A stretch of DNA of 64,000 nt, taken from the NCBI RefSeq assembly GCF_006345805.1, contig NC_043003.1, positions 107,074,001 through 107,138,000 of the forward strand. Reading direction: 5' to 3'. Shown here piece by piece: positions 62,336 to 64,000 of the stretch. The notes beneath the pieces were generated by a model. The model was not told the DNA's origin. It did not search any database and saw nothing but the letters and a program-made list of their open reading frames with translations. The first letter of the stretch is position 1, and each line of letters starts with the position of its first letter. The position numbers were made by a program, and so were the translations under genes. Source of the stretch: Octopus sinensis. Lineage: Eukaryota.

Positions 62336-62349
62336 TTTCCGCAGGTAGG

Positions 62350-62935
62350 AAATATTAAAATTTTGGTTTCACATTTTGACAGAAGGTCAGCGATTTTGAG
62401 GGAGGAAATAAATCAATTCTATTGATCCCCAGTGCTCAGCTGGTAGTTATTTTATCGACCCTGGATAGGATGAAAGGCAAAGTTAACCTTGGTGGTATTT
62501 GAACCCAGAAGCTGGAAGAAACACTGCTAAGCATTTAGCCCAGCATAGTAATGATTCTGCTAGCTTGCTGCCTTGGAAAATATTGAAATATTGGTTTCAA
62601 AGCTTGGCACAAGGCCAGCAAGTTCAACCCCAGTACACAACTGGTACTTATTTGATCGACCCTGGAAGGATGAAAGGCAAAGTCGACCTAGGTGGAATTT
62701 GAACTCAGAACAGGACAGACAAAATGTCATTAAGCATTTTTTCCAGCATGCGAAAGATTCTGCCAGCCCATCACCTTACAGGTAGAAAATAAGGATTTCA
62801 AATTTTGGCACTAGGCCAGCAATTTTGGGGGCGGGGAAAAGTCAGTTATATCGACCCCAGTGCTCAACTGGTACTTATTTTATCAACTCGAAAAGGATGA
62901 CAGATAGAGTCAACCTCAGCGCAATTTGAACTCAG
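62350..62935 (-). mobile_element. Cluster of degenerate SINE family B copies
   Basis: gatgaaaggcaaagtcgacc...tttgaactcagaa occurs repeatedly. Confidence 0.65.
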
Positions 62936-63408
62936 AATCTACCTCAGTGCAATTTGGACTCGGAGTCAACCTCAGCACAATTTGAACTCAGAGTCAACCT
63001 CAGCGCAATTTGAACTCAGAGTCAACCTCAGAGCAAGTTAGACTCAGAATCAACCTCAGTGTAATTTGGACTCGGAGTCAACCACAGTGCAATTTGGACT
63101 CGGAGTCAACCTCAGTGTAATTTGGACTCGGAGTCAACCTCAGTGCAATTTGGACTCGGAGTCAACCTAAGTACAATTTTAACTCAGAGTCAATCTCAGC
63201 ACAATTTGAACTCAGAGTCAACCTCAGTGCAATTTGGACTTGGAGTCAACCTCAGCATAATTTGGACTCAGAATCAACCTCAGTGCAATTTGGACTCGGA
63301 GTCAACCTCAGTACAATTTTAACTCAGAGTCAATCTCAGTGCAATTTGAACTCAGAGTCAACCTCAGTGCAATTTGGACTCGGAGTCAACCTCAGCATAA
63401 TTTGGACA
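62907..63408. repeat. 28-bp minisatellite (about 18 units) derived from the SINE-B B-box segment
   Basis: Unit gagtcaacctcagtgcaatttg(g/a)actc(g/a) matches SINE-B gtcgacctcggcggaatttgaactca. Confidence 0.88.
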
Positions 63409-63917
63409 CATACAGATGATATGCTACCAAGCATTTTGTCTGGCATGCTGACGATTGCTACCTTACAAGTAGAAAATATGAAAGTATTAAAAGTATAAAC
63501 AATACAGTCTGGGACACATATCTGTGATGGTAATTTGAGAGGAAAATGAAAAAAAGAGAAAGTTATTTAAAAAAAAAAAGAATTATTTATTTATTTAATG
63601 CAATAGAAATATTTTAAAAAATGGTCTGTGTACAAAATATGTGAAATAGAAAAAAAATCAAACCCCATTTTTTAAAAATATATTACAAAGGTTTTAAGTT
63701 ACTCCATGTGATAGGTGATAGATATACGCATAAATACACATGTGTGTGCATATATATAATAAGTCCCGGGGTCGATTTGCTCGACTATATATATATATAT
63801 ATATACATATATGTACATACAAATACACACACATAAACACACACATACACATATATACATCTAATTATGTATATACCATCAGGTATTTTGGGTATTACTA
63901 TTATAATCAATATCATC

Positions 63918-63965
<48 letters not shown>

Positions 63966-64000
63966 TATTATTATTATCATTATTACTATTATTATCATGT

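Overview
Eukaryotic, repeat-saturated, AT-rich window. The SINE/RTE repertoire and very long microsatellites look like an octopus (cephalopod) genome; this is inferred from repeat content and was not checked. The only confidently identified host gene is the 3' part of an IQCG/DRC9 (dynein regulatory complex subunit 9) orthologue on the minus strand: four phase-0 exons at 61596-61670, 51533-51664, 40040-40141 and 27839-27943, separated by 10-12 kb introns. The rest is RTE LINEs and their 3' ends, several tRNA-derived SINE families, R4/Dong fragments, a DD37D (maT) transposase relic, a hAT relic, Helitron-type and piggyBac-type non-autonomous elements, and microsatellites. The most striking feature is a non-coding array of about 5.9 x 480 bp at 2755-5587. 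Each unit carries a type I hammerhead ribozyme fold (one copy has a 1-nt core deletion). The array has a fold-back 5' end and sits in a (TA)n tract, so it is a candidate retrozyme/circRNA-producing element of the kind mobilised by Penelope-like elements. Other highlights are a dispersed minimal hammerhead at 52832-52866, a 44-bp minisatellite that multiplies a DRC9 splice donor six times, and an orphan 557-bp element found only between (ATT)n tracts.
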